DNA of 64,000 bases from NCBI RefSeq assembly GCF_009914755.1, contig NC_060939.1; one strand, given 5' to 3'. The first letter of the stretch is position 1. Each line of letters starts with the position of its first letter. The notes beneath the pieces are model-generated. The model made no database searches. It saw only the letters and a list, made by a program, of their open reading frames with translations, and was not told where the DNA came from. Positions 13,826-26,849 of this stretch are shown piece by piece. Made by a program: the position numbers and the translations under genes. This DNA is from the human T2T-CHM13v2.0 reference genome, Homo sapiens.

Positions 13826-14385
13826 TATACCATTTGACAATCCTAGGCATATACCCAAGAGAAATGAAAACACGTATCCTTACGAAAACCCTTCCACAAA
13901 TGTTGATAGCGGCATTATTCAGAGTAGCTGAAAAGTGGAATCAACCAAATGTCCATCAACTGATGAATGGAGAAATAAAATGCAGTATATCCACACAATG
14001 GAATGTTATTTGGCAATAAAAAGAAATAAAGTACCGATACATGCTTCAATGTGGCTAAACCTTGAAAGCATTATGTGAGTGAAGGAAGCCAGGCACCAAA
14101 GACCATGTGTTATATAATTCCATCTAAATAAAATATCCAGAAGGTGCAATTTCATAGAGACAGAAAGTAGATGATTAGTTGGCTAAGGCTGGGAGGAATG
14201 GAAGAATCGAGGGTGACTGTTAATATGTATGGAGTTCCTTTTTAGGGGTGAAAAAATGTTCTGAAATTAGATCGTGGTGATGGTTGTGCAATTCTGTGAA
14301 TATATTAAAAGCTATTGAATCGTGCCCTTAAATGGGTGAATTGTATAGTATGTGAATTATAGCTCAATAAAGCTGTTTTCAAAAA
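13826..14385 (+). mobile_element. Old L1 (L1MB-like) 3' end
   Basis: 'ctaggcatatacccaagagaaatgaaaac', 'aaccaaatgtccatcaactgatgaatgg', and terminal 'gtgaattatagctcaataaagctg'. Confidence 0.85.
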
Positions 14386-16357
14386 GTAAATATATATTTA
14401 TAAACTTCTATAAGATAGTAAATCATATCCATTCCAATTTAATGATAAGGCTCAGAGCCAGTCAGCAACTTGCCCAAAGTCCCATGCCTAGGAGGCCGCA
14501 GGACCTGATTTTGGACTTTGTGTTGTCGAACTCCTGAAGCTCCTAAGACCTGATCCAGTTCAGACTCATGGAGAGCAGGCCTGCCCTTATGTATCTTGGG
14601 GAAAGCCTCCATTCCCTGTCCCAATGAGGCCACTCAGGAAGTTCTCCCCGCTCTCTAATCCAAACCCATACAACTTACAAGGGATGATATTCAGGGGGAT
14701 ATGAGGTCAGGAGCAGGGTCACAGGAGACAGGCACCAGAAGGGAAAGCTACATTTCTAGGCAATGCTGGATATCTTCTTTAGGGAAGCCTGGGGAATGGG
14801 GCAGATGAAATATAGTGGACTTCAAGACATGAGCTCACGGTTGATTTTGGGGGTGACCTTGGCCAAGAAACCTCATCTCTGGGGCTCTTGGTAAAATGAT
14901 ATTCAGGAAGAAGCTCTGAGGACAGCTCCAGAAGCAGACATTTCTAAGGCTATTTATAAAGTGGCCTTCCCTCTCCTTACACACAACTCACCCCAGATGA
15001 TCAGGTGGGAAGTCTGTAGGGCAGTGGGCATCACTTGGTTGCTTGCTTGGGTATATACAACCTGGTCACCCCCATGGTTCTTGGCAGAAGATATTGGGGC
15101 CAAACCAAGAGGCCCTAACCTAACCATCACTCCAATACTGTGAGCAGGTCAGGTTGGCTCTCCCTCCCAGCCAGGAAGGAGGAAAGAGAAGGAAGCGACA
15201 AGGGCACTAACAACCAGGGTCCTTGTCTTACCTGGCAGGAAAGATGCTGAATGTGATATTGACTCAATGTGCTGCTTCTGATCAGCCCCCTGCCTGCCTC
15301 CCTGCACAGTGGATAGTCTGGCTGCAAGTGGTAGGGGGAAGGAGCTCCCACTTTTGACAACCCAGGAAAGGCATCACCTCAGTTTGTCTGGAGCTCATGG
15401 CCAGGGTGTCCCAGCTTGAAGGAGAGGTTCTCCTGCCCCCTTCTCTGCTTGTACAACTATACACTGCATTCAGAAACACTCCTTCTCCCTTGCTAAGGAG
15501 CATTAGGAGATACAAAACCACCATCCTTTTTCCAGGTGAAATAAGGAAGAACAGAAAATGAGGAGGGCCAGATTCAGCCCAGAGCCACCCAGAGTCCAAG
15601 TGGCCTCACTGGGAGAGCAGTACACTGGGTTTGGTGCCCTTGGTAGAAAGCCCAACATGCCAGGACCTCAGCCAGCAAGCCAGCATGTGCTCCAGAGCAG
15701 GGACAGGGAGAGGCCAACCTGTGCATCCGCTAGGCTCACTGGCTATTTCAGACCATCATCTGCCTCATTCGATCCCAGGACATCTTGGGAGAAGTGAGGA
15801 AGGCAGGCATCCCTCTCCACATTTTTTAATGGGGACCACTGAGGTCCAAGAGATAGGGAAAAACCGCTTGCCTGGGGCCATGTGCAGTAACTTAATAGTG
15901 GGTTCACTGGATTCTAGATTCTTCTCATCAAAGCCAATCATACCCCTGCCTCGCCCCACTCCCAGCTCTGCTGCTATGTTTCTTTACCTACAAAACGTCA
16001 GTCAGTTTTCAGAAACACCATAATAACACTCTTTATAGCACTTTATGGCAAAATCTTTATAGCACCGTGTGTCAGGCACTGCCTATTCTTAGAGCTATAT
16101 GTAAATAGTCATACATCAAATCCTCATGCCAACCTGATGGCAAGCTATTTCATTTCCATTTTACAGATGAGGAAACTGAGGTAACAAGTGTTTAAGTAAC
16201 TTAGCCAAAGTCCCACAGATAAAAAACTGGAGGAGCTGGCATTTGAATACAGGCAACCTAGCCCTAGCATCTGAGGTTTAACCACTGCACCACAGTGCCA
16301 AGCACATACAAGTACAAGGCTTCGCATATTCCAAGTCTCACTAAAACATGGACTAGG

Positions 16358-16712
16358 GGCTGGGCATGGTGGTTCACGCCTGTAATCCCAGCACTTTTTG
16401 AAGGCTGAGGTAGGAGGATTGCTTGAGCCCAGGAGTTCGAGCCCAGCCTGGGCAACATGGTGAAACCCTGTCTCTACCAAAACAACAACAACAACAAAAC
16501 AAAAACAAAAACAAAGAAAAACCTTGCAAAACAAAAATTATCCAGGCACGGTGGTGCATACCTGTAGTCCCCGCTATGTGGGATGCTGAGGTGGGAGGAT
16601 CACCTGAGCCTCGGGAGGTTGAGGCTGCAGTGAGCCGTGATCACACCACTGCACTTCAGCCTGGGTGACAGAGTGAGACCCTGTCTTAAAAAACCTGAAA
16701 ACCAAAACCAAA
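16358..16712 (+). mobile_element. AluJ-like with expanded A-rich linker
   Basis: Dimeric Alu flanked by direct repeat aaaa(c)catggactaggggc. Confidence 0.92.
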
Positions 16713-17751
16713 ACCATGGACTAGGGGCACACGACTAGGCTCAGGACGAAGTGTGTGTGCAGGAAGTCCACATAAGTCCAGAAGCTGGGCTGTGCTCTCA
16801 CCCAGGTGCCATGTGCTGGGGGCGGGGATGGGGGACAGGCTGCAATTTGTCTCTGAGCAGCCAGCTGCCCTCAAGTCCCAGCCCAGCCGAGCAGTGGGGA
16901 GCAGGTTGAAGGCAGGCTTGGAGCTGGCAGGCTCCGTCTGCCCCACTGTGAGCAGCAGCTTTGAGACACTCTCCTGCCGGCTGCTGGTAGGTGCTGCAGT
17001 ATCTCTCCTGGCTGCAGGGCTGGCTGGGCTGAGGCCAGGCCAAGGGCCTTCCTTCCCCCTTTCACCCTCTGCCCCTCCCTCAGTGCCCGGGGCCAAACGA
17101 AGGGCTTAGGAAGCTACTCTGGCTTTCTGGTCTCCAAGGACTGCCGGCCCTGATGATTAATTTGGTGGCTGTGGGACTAGGTTTAGTCTTGGGTGGCAGC
17201 ACTGACCTCCAGGAATGTCACTGTGGCCCCTTCAGGGGCAGGTAACAAACCTGGCTCATTCCCAAGAGAGTAAGTGAGTCCGGTGGATCAACTCCCACGG
17301 TTTTCCACCTAGCATATTTGCCAACAGCGGGCAATTCCCAGGTAGGAAGTCCTTCCTTGTACCTCACATGAGCCCTTCCTGCTGCAGTATAGCCACATTA
17401 CCTTCTACTAGAAACCCTTCTGCTTCCAAATGCACCCTTTGTTAAATTGCTAAGATGTGATTCCATGAGCAACACAGCAATCACAAAAGCCATTGAAGCA
17501 GACGGCAGCTGCTACAGGGTTCAAGCATTCCATTCCAGCTGGGGAAAGGCTGTGGGCTTTGCCCCTCCTTCCCCCCCCAGCCCCTCCCCAATCTCAGGAC
17601 ACAGAGAAAAGAGGAGCAACATGCGGAGAAGAAAAATGGAAAGGTAACAAAGCAAAGGCAGAAAAAAAATTCACAGCCTCCCTTGACCTGCCAAGGACTT
17701 CTTCCACATCTTTCCCTAGGCTTGGGGGCCCAGATAAGGAACTGAGACTTT

Positions 17752-18275
17752 CTTTTTTTTTTTTTTAATTTTATTATTATACTTTAAGTTTTAGGGTACA
17801 TGTGCACAATGTGCAGGTTTGTTACATATGTATACATGTGCCATGTTGGTGTGCTGCACCCATTAACTCATCATTTAGCATTAGGTATATCTCCTAATGC
17901 TATCCCTCCCCCTCCCCCCACCCCACAACAGTCCCCGGTGTGTGATGTTCCCCTTCCTGTGTCCATGTGTTCTCATTGTTCAATTCCCACCTATGAGTGA
18001 GAACATGCAGTGTTTGTTTTTTTGTCCTTGAGATAGTTTGCTGAGAATGATGGTTTCCAATTTCATCCATGTCCCTACAAAGGACATGAACTAATCACTT
18101 TTTATGGCTGCATAGTATTCCATGGTGTATATGTGCCACATTTTCTTCATCCAGTCTATCGTTGTTGGACATTTGGGTTGGTTCCAAGTCTTTGCTATTG
18201 TGAATATTGCCGCTATAAACATACGTGTGCATGTGTCTTTATAGCAGCATGATTTATAATCCTTTGGGTATATAC
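17752..18275 (-). mobile_element. Young L1PA 3' fragment (5'-truncated)
   Basis: Poly(T) followed by 'ttattatactttaagttttagggtacatgtgcac' (L1PA 3'UTR). ORF2 C-terminal peptide YPKDYKSCCYKDTCTRMFIAAIFTIAKTWNQPKCP in ORF 18091..18372. Confidence 0.95.
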
Positions 18276-18585
18276 ACAGCCTTTCTTGCAGCTTCTGCAG
18301 CCTCTGCCTGAGAGATCCGCTCAATGGGCCATCTGCTCGGAGGCCTTTCTGCAAAAGCTTTAAGAGTTCCATTTCTCCAGGGAGCTGGAAGCTGGGGAGG
18401 TGTCAGCTCCAAACAATAAGGGAAGTTTATTAGGGATCAGGGTTTCCAGGAGGATGGTGCCTGCTAATGGGGCTGGATGCACTCTGAGGTACAAAGGGTT
18501 ATTTAATGCGGAAAATCCAAAAGCTCCTTTAGAAGTCAAGTGCTCACACCCGAGGCCCTACACACTGCAGCCTTCCTTTTCACTC

Positions 18586-18819
18586 AAAAAACCTGAAAAC
18601 CAAAACCAAAAACCATGGACTAGGGGCACACGAGTCAGCTCAGGACTGCCAACAGCGGGCAATTCCCTGGTAGGAAGTCCTTCCTTGCACCTCACATGAG
18701 CCCTTCCTGCTGCAGTATAGCCACATTACCATCTACTAGAAACCCTTCTGCTTCCAAATGCACCCTTTGTTAAATTGCTAAGTTGTGATTCCATGAGCAA
18801 CACGGCAATCACAAAAGCC
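18586..18819 (+). repeat. Composite local duplication of 16688-16747 joined to 17319-17491
   Basis: Direct read-across of both templates; about 5 mismatches in the ~173-bp part. Confidence 0.93.
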
Positions 18820-21800
18820 CCATCACCCTACCCTGTTTGCCCCTACCCCGCCCCATCCCAAGTCACACTTATTCCCTGTCCTTTGCTACTGGGCAAATAT
18901 TGACTTTCTTTCACTCAGCCTTGTCAATGGAAGTGAGACCAATGGGGCTGGCTATTGTCTCCCTCCTCTCTCCTGTCAGAGGGCAAAGCAAGCTGTCAGC
19001 CTCAACAGCGGGAGCAGGGCCAACTGAGACAAGCTGAGAAAGAAAAGTGTGGTCTTGGAAGTAATATTTCTGTCTTTTGGTCTTTTGTCTTTCTGTCCTC
19101 CCTCCCTTCCCCAAGCCCATCTGGGTTTATTTTTTTCACATTTGGCTATCCTGCTGCCCTGTCTGGCTCAAGAGCAGCAGCGTGGCATAGCTGGCATAAC
19201 TGAGAGAGCTCAGGCCTGGGAATTCAAGTGTCTGATACTGGGTCACCTTATGCTAGTTCTTTAATTTTCTTGGGCTTCCATGTTCTAGTCTGCAAAATGG
19301 GAAGGTTGGACCCCATGATCTCAGTATCTAGATCAGGAAGTTCCTTCCTATCAGGACCCATGTCCTTTCTGCTGCAGTCAAGGCATTTTACCTTGTGCTC
19401 TGATTTCAGAAAAAATGGAAAATAACTGCTTGGTGCTTAACAGGGAGGAAGGAAAGAGCGTTGCATTGAGGTTCTACAAGGGCTGGCAAGCTCCATCGCT
19501 GGTACTAACATGCTGTGTGATCCTGGGCAAGGAGCTCCCCCTCTCTAAGCCTCAGTTTCCCCATAATCAAAACAGAGGGCTGGATGAGATGATCCCACAG
19601 CCCCTTTCAGTGCCTCGTCCTGCCGTGGCACTCATCTAACACATCCCTGCGGAAGGCGATGTCCCCCGCTCCTTCAGCTTTTCTCCAAGGCAGCATCTCA
19701 CAGCCTTTCCTCATGACTAACCTTGAATGGAGGGATGCCATGCCGCTGGCTCGTGTTCCTTCATCATCAGGAGCCTTTTGTCAGCCACACTCCTCTCAGA
19801 CTCATGCTTGCTTGGCCTTTGGCCTTTGTGGCTGAGCTCTTCCTTTCTCCAGGTCCCATGATGAAGACCAGAGCATGCAAACTCCTGGAGCCTGCGGCCA
19901 GTGCACAGCAGGAGGACGACACAGGACATTGGGGCATTTTGGGGGATTGTGTGCATGGTGACAACTGCAGGACTGTGAACTGTATCCCTGCTCTTCCTCT
20001 AACTTGAGCCCTCTCTGTGATAACACAGAACCTCAAAAACCCATTCCTTGTGCATTAGTCAGTATCACACTATGGACTTCCTATTCCAGGTTGGCAATAT
20101 TCCCTTTTCACAGATGAGACAATTGAGGCTCAGAGAGGTTGGTAATTTGCCTGAATTCACACAGATATTAAGGAGCGAGCCAAGATGGGAACCTAGATGT
20201 ATCTATCTGCAAAGACTTTGCTCTTAACCGTCAGCGCTCTTACTGAGAAGGGGAGGTCATCGCCTCTCCCCAAGCTGACTTACAGGACTGGAATCACAGG
20301 GCAGTGAACACCCAAAGCCTGAATGACTCCAACAAACCTCCCACCCCCTCCACCCCCACCCAGCCTCGGCAAAAGCAGAGCCAGCAGGGTCGTGGATCAA
20401 CAAAGCCAGAAGGACTTTGGGTCATCTAAACCAAGCTTTCACTTCACATACAAGAAAACTGAGGTCCACAGTGGCGTGCGACTTGCCTAAGGTCACACAG
20501 CAAGTCTAGGGTAAACCTCGGTCCCGGCCATGGGGTCCTGGGAGTCCCCCTCCAGGTTGAGCCAGTCCCTTTGCCACTCCTTCCACCTGGGTGTAGACAT
20601 GCCTTCAGCCACTCACTCCAGGGACATCTGGCCTTACCCCTCTCTGCTTCTCAGTTGGTCCCTTCCTAGAAGGTTCGGGGAATGGAGTAAAAGGCCCATT
20701 TTATCATAACCAGAGGTGTGGCAGAGAGTGGGGAAGGGAGAACCAAAGGAAAACAGGTGTGAGATTATTGGAAAGTCAAGCAGTCTCTCTGTTTCCCATG
20801 AAGTTTCTAATGCAGAATGGTCCTAATGATCAGAGAGAGAGAGAGAGAGACAGAGAGATAGTGCTGATGTTCCCATTTTGTAGGGAAGCTTTGAAGATGG
20901 TAGGGGAAGATCACACTGCAAATCTACAATCTTTCCCTGCTCCCCATGGCCACTGCTCACAGCTGCCCTGCCACCTGCTTGCTACACAGCTTGTATTATT
21001 ATTATTAACAATAGCTACCACTCACTAAGGACTTAGCTCAGTACTGGACCAAGTATTTACATATGCTTCTTGTTTAATCCTCATAAAAACCCTAAAATAC
21101 CACCACTATTCTCATTTTGTTTTGACTACTTAGTAACTGAAGCTCTAAGATATAAAGTAATTTGCTCAAGGTCACACAGCTAATAACCAGTAGAGCCAAG
21201 GTCTCCTGGGGACTCCCTCCAGGGGTGTGCCGGGCTTTGAAATTCATATACTGTATTTGTCTCAAGTTGTCTTGACTCTGGTGACAGAAGTGGGAGGGCA
21301 ATGCATTGGGAATTCCTGGAGACCACCTGCTCCCATCACCCAGCCAAGCCCACTTCCTGCTACTCAGACACCAGCCCAGAACTGCAGCCACAGAATTGTG
21401 GGGTTGCAAGGGCCTGAGAAGTTAACTAGTTCTACCTTCTCAATGTACAGGGGAGGAAAGCAAGAAAGGGCCTTGCCCAAGGTCACACAAGGTCACAAAA
21501 TTGGAGGCAGAGCCTGTAAATTAAACTCAGCTCTCTTGTCTCAAACTCGGACTCGTCCGCAACACCCTAATGCCCAGTATGAAGTTATTGTCTCATCTCA
21601 ACTGAAGACAGAACCAGAGTTCATCCCAAAAAGGAGTTAGATTAGACTTTCCTATGGCAAGGACTGTCACATTGCACAGTGGGGTGCTCTAGGCTATTGT
21701 AGTGGAGATCTTTCTAAAACGAGACAATTCCTTCAGATCTTCCTTATCTGAGATGAATGCAGCCCTGTCTGGAGGTAGAGAGCAGACAGCATGACCTTGT

Positions 21801-22599
21801 GAGGTCCTTGACATCACCCTTTAACCTATGGTCATCTGTCTGTCACAGCGAACCTTTCCCTAGGAAAGAATCTGCCCTCTGCAAAGAGGATGTGTAATGC
21901 TGGAAAGCCCGCCTTTCTCCCCATCAGCTGGATTCTGAGAGTTGGGAGAGATGACCAATGAACAGGCTGAGGGTGTCACAGCCCTGCTACTTTGGGATGG
22001 GGGGTGCAGTAGGGGAGCTACAGTCTTCCCAGAGGCCAGGTCATTCTACCCAGCTGCACCCCATCCCCAACCTTTCAGTGGGCGACACCTGCAGGGTGTT
22101 GGGACTGGGAGAAACCTCAGATACCTTAAATTCCAAACCCCATTTTCCAGATGAAGATACTGAGGCCCAGAGTGGGTCAGTGAGTTGCCCAAGGTCATAG
22201 GACAGGTCAGAATGGAAGCTTTCCGACTCTCCCCGGGGCGCTGGGTTCACAGCTCCACCTTGCCACCCCCTGCCCCGGAAGTGAGCACTGAAGTCACTTA
22301 AGAGAGGCCAGTGACCAAAGGCAGCGATTCCCAGGTGCAGAGGCTGGGGCAGACGTGCCCATGAGCTTGTTCCCCCGCGCACCCTCCCCCACCTCGTCCC
22401 CATTCCTGTCTTGGTTACCATGTGCCTCCATCATCCTGAGATTCAGAGAGGTGCAGCGGCTTGTCGAAGGTCACACAGCACACTGAGTAGGGCCCTCGTT
22501 TCCACTGCCCAGCTGCCCCCTCCCATTGCCCACCCGGGCCTCTGCAAGCTTGCCAGGATCCCCGGGAGCCTGCTTCCTCCAATGCACAGAGCCGTGGCG

Positions 22600-24150
22600 C
22601 GTGTCAAAGTGTGGGAAAGTTCCTGGGAGAGGGAAGGGGTAGAAAATACAGCCGCTCATCTCAACCTTGGACGGCTGCGGCAAGGCAGGGGCGCTCAGAA
22701 AGGCAGCCAGTCCTGCGCACCGCCAGTGCCTCCGGCACACCCCACTCTGCGCCAGGGGCTCCCCAGGGTCGCGCGAGCATGTTCTTCCAGCTCCTCCTCA
22801 GCGAAGCAGGCGCGGCGGGGTCCCACGCGCCCAGCACCCACTTCTCTCCGCACGCCCACTTCATGCACCTCCCCGCGCCCTTCCCACGGCTTCTCTGCGG
22901 CGAGTCGCCTTTGCTTCCCCGCAGGTCCCCGGTCCCAGCGCTAAGGCACCGCGGCTTCTCTCGCCTTCTCTCCGCGTTGAACCCGGGCTCTCCGCGGGGA
23001 GAAATAGGTTGGGGGCGAGGGGTTCCCGAGATAATTCAGGACACCTCCCCGGGGTCTAGCCAGGTAATTCCGACGCCCATGGATTTCCGGATTACAGTTC
23101 CCACCGCGGGCTCAGTCCTACTCTTAGTTTATCCCGCGGTGAGCGCCAAGCCCCAAAAGTCGGAGTGTCACCGTTTGGTGACCCCGCGTCCGCCCGCGCC
23201 TCAGGCCCTGGAGGTGGCCACTGTCGGTCCAGGCACGGCTTCGCTCGGGACTACTGGCTGCCCTCGTGGGGTGCCCCGCCTGGGGTTCCCTCTTACCCTG
23301 GGACGTTCCAGGCGCGTTCAGCCTGAGCTGGTGGAGAGGGCGGGGGCGGGGGCGGCTGGGGTCCCGAAGTCCAGGTCCCTCTTCCCACTTCCCCGCCGGC
23401 CCTGCCGCTGCGGCCCTCGCTCCCGCGCTCGCTCGCTCTCGAGTCTCTCCCTCTCTCTCTTCTCTTCCTCTCTCTCTCTCTGCAGTAGTAACAACCTGAT
23501 CCCGCTTCCCCCACCCGCCTCTTGAGATGCTCCTCACATCCGCCTGCACACAGCGCGTGCGGCCCCTCCGAAGGCGATCCCCGCAAACCGCGACGCAGGT
23601 CCTCCGCCCCAGGCAATCCCCGCTGCGGGAGAGGCCGCCTCCTGGCGCCCACGCCCCCCTTCTGCAGTCCGTACTGCCGGCCGAGGGGGAAATGGGCGAC
23701 AGGGGAAGGGGAGGTGTGTGCGGGACGGACTAGGCTGGGGCAGAGGGGTTTAAACTGGCGCGGTCCTACAGAAGTTTGAGGAGGGCGGGGCCGGCTCCGA
23801 GCCCCCGGAGCCCTACGGGACTCCCCCGATTCTACTGAGGAGTCCCCGCCAGCTCCGTGCACTCCTGCAACACTCCCCACCCCACCCGCCAGCTCCGAGT
23901 TTACAGCCTCTCGGGTCCGGGGATTGGCTGGGGGAGGGGACGGGGGGGAGGGGACCCCCTGGCTGTAGGGAACGGCGTGCGGGCGGGGGTGGGAGGGAAA
24001 CGATTTGCTTCAGGAGATAGGGATGAAGGTTTTCCTGAGTCAAGGGAGGGAGAAGAGAGGTGGAACAAAAGGCAGATGCTGGAGGGGAAGGGGAGCTGGG
24101 GAGCTCGCCCCGAGGGCTCCGGCAGCCCGCGGTCCCCTGCCTCAGTCTGT
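22600..24150. promoter_or_regulatory. CpG island / promoter, likely firing on the minus strand
   Basis: Dense CpG. GC boxes at 23338-23355 and 23783; ATTGG (CCAAT on minus) at 23923; TTTAAA at 23749; CT/GA tract 23444-23481. Confidence 0.85.
23297..23720 (-). other. Putative non-coding first exon on the minus strand (5' boundary approximate)
   Basis: Consensus donor CAGG|GTAAGA on minus (plus strand tcttaccctg, 23291-23300), downstream of a GA-rich, 5'UTR-like leader inside the CpG island. Confidence 0.5.
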
Positions 24151-26204
24151 CCCAGAGGGTGAGGTCAAGGCTGGTGCCAGGGCTCTTCACCGGCCACCTG
24201 GAGAGGGGAGAAAGAGGGATGCAGGGGTACGGGGTTGGGGCAGAGGAGGAAGAGTGTCTGCTGGCACAGGACCCTCTGCCTGCTCTCAGATAGGAACCCA
24301 GCAGAAGGGCTCTGCCATGGACCCAACACCTCCCACCTCCGCAGATCTGCTTTCTCCCACTTGGGAAAAGCGAGGCTGACACCCACTGTGAGCACCAGGA
24401 GGGGCAGGAAGAACCGAGAGCCTGGGCAGCACTCCTGTGCCTCAGTCTCATCCTTGGGCCTCACCCTCAACCCCCAACCTCACCCGATAAGACCTCGGGG
24501 CCCCAGCTCGCCAGGTGGAATTTCTGCTGCTGTCTGGCCATTAACTGCCCCTGACCTTCCCAGCTCCACCTCACCCTCGCCCTCTCCCCTCAGCCTCTCC
24601 TTCACCCTCCATGCAGCTGCTTTCTGTTTGCCTTCTGCTCTGCACACTCAGGACCAGGACTCGAGTTTGGTGTTTGACCCAGGAAGTGACATTCCTCACC
24701 CACCAACCCACACACACAAAAATCCTGTGTGCATGTGTGTTGGGGGGGAGGGGCAGTCATTCAGGGCTTTCCAGGGCTTCTCATCCCCACAGAGTCTGGG
24801 GAACTGGGAAATTCCCAATACCCGCAGTGAATCCCCCTTCCTCCCCTCCTCCAGGCATCCCCCGCCCCAAGACAGAGACCTTACTCCAGAAGCCGGGGAC
24901 TGCAGTGCTGCAGCAGCCGCGGCTCCTGGCCGGCATGGAGCCTCTCTTCAGAAGGGCAGCAGCTCGCTTGTCACAGACCCTGGACGGCAGAAAAGCTGAT
25001 TCAGGGATTTCCGGGCGGCTCCTCCTGTGGGGGAGTGTGCATCTGCATACCTGGGTGTTGGGAAGGGTGTGTGCGTGTGTTCATGTGTGGGCTGGGGGAG
25101 AGGACCCATGCCTGAGACCCTCTAGTCAGGTCTGCTGATCCCTCACTGTTCTTCAGATGGAAAGGGGGAGCTGGGGTAAAGGGCTCAAGGTCAGATGCTC
25201 AGCAGGAGGGCACCAGGGGTTTCCCCCCACTCTGCTACACTCCGGTAACCTACCCCCACCACGTCGCCCCACACTGAGGAGGGGACCTGTCACCTGAGAT
25301 GGGTGTGTGGGCTGAAGAGCAGTACCTGCTGCTCCTCTTCGGTTTCTCCCTGGGGAGAGAAGTGCTTCTGTTTTGAAATCTCCCCCAAACCTTCTTTTGC
25401 TAGAAGGAGGGAGGATGGGACTGAAATTTCATTCAGCAGGCTGGATTCAGGTTTGACTTTGGGGTTTCCTGATGCTAAGGGTCTGGGGCAGCATCCTGCT
25501 TGACAGGGAAAGCTTATGCCTTCACGATTGGAATGTAGTGCTGCTTAGATGAAAAGGGATGGATGAAATGACCCCCATGGTTCCTTCTGATAAAATGGAC
25601 CAAGAGACGCCTGAACCTTATACAAAGCTGCCTCCAGTAAAACAAAATCTAGTTACAGAAAATAAAGCACTTCTGTAAGGTTATGTCTGCTCCTTCTGAA
25701 AATACCGTGTTTAATGTCTGTGCTGCCTCCAATGTGTCCTTTCCCCTCTTGGGTGGAAGTGGAATTCTGATGGCCTGTGGAAGGATTGGGTGACACTTGC
25801 ACAGGCAGTGGCTGGGCCACAATGGCGGAGGATGGGAACACGGTGGGTCCCTGGAGAAAACACAGCTGTGCTTCACCCAAAGCCCCTTCAGGCCCCAGAG
25901 GACCCTTCCCCTGATAGGGATGACAATGACAGCCTGACAGTCTTAATTTCACTTGATTCTTATCAACTTTCCCAGGAGGCAGCAAGGCGAGGAAGGGATA
26001 ATTCTTCACTCCACTGAGGCACAGGGAGCCCCCAAAGGGTGGATGACTCACCCAAGGTTCTCAGGTAGGTTCCTACCTTACCCTGGGGTTTTATGTTTCT
26101 ATTCTCAACACTAACGTTTCTCATTCCTCCACAAGTTAAATTGCTCACTCCAGCCAACTGAAGCATGCTTTTCTTGACACAGTTAGCTCGAGGCACACGG
26201 TTGG

Positions 26205-26208
<4 letters not shown>

Positions 26209-26244
<36 letters not shown>
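26209..26244 (+). repeat. Poly(A)36 tract without attached Alu/L1 body
   Basis: Uninterrupted run of A. Confidence 0.9.
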
Positions 26245-26248
<4 letters not shown>

Positions 26249-26491
26249 GTTATGTCAATTTCATTGATCAACAAAAGTGATGGCTCCACTGCAAATTCAA
26301 GTTGATAGTGCCTGGGCCTCTTGAGTTCAAGAGCCTTCTAGACAAAGGGCTCTGAGCTGAAACATGAGCATGCACACATATGCCTGTCGCTGGGTCTGAT
26401 GAGATAATTTGCATACTTGGTTGTTATCCCTGAGCATTTTCCTGCCTCAATGCACGTGTAGCCAACACAATAATAATCATAGCTGATAAAG

Positions 26492-26616
26492 GCTAAAGCT
26501 GAGGACTTTCCTGAGCCAGGCAGTGGCTTTAAAACCTTTAAAGTGGCTTTTAAAACTTTAACAGCTAAAGCTGAGGACTTTCCTGAGCCAGGCAGTGGCT
26601 TTAAAAACTTTAAAGT
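26492..26616. repeat. Tandem duplication, 72-bp period
   Basis: gctaaagctgaggactttcctgagccaggcagtggctttaaaa at 26492 and 26564. Confidence 0.92.
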
Positions 26617-26849
26617 TTTCACATAGACTCTCACTAAATAATTTCTGTTTTTCAGATCAACAAACTGAGACTATCACATTTGGGATTAAGTTAAAAAAAG
26701 AAAGAAAGAAAGAAACTGAGGCTTAAATACTTGCTTAAAGCAAGTATTTCACAGCCAGCAAGTGGCTAAGTTGGAACTTGAGCCCAGGCAGTCTAGCCCC
26801 GGGATCCTGTGCCCGGCAGAAAGGTGCTGGGTCAAGGGAGGAGGGGGCA

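Noticed and set aside
22411-24999. ORFs of 177-304 aa in and beside the CpG island
   Set aside because: Pro/Arg/Gly-rich, no recognisable domain, overlapping in several frames; typical of GC-rich DNA.
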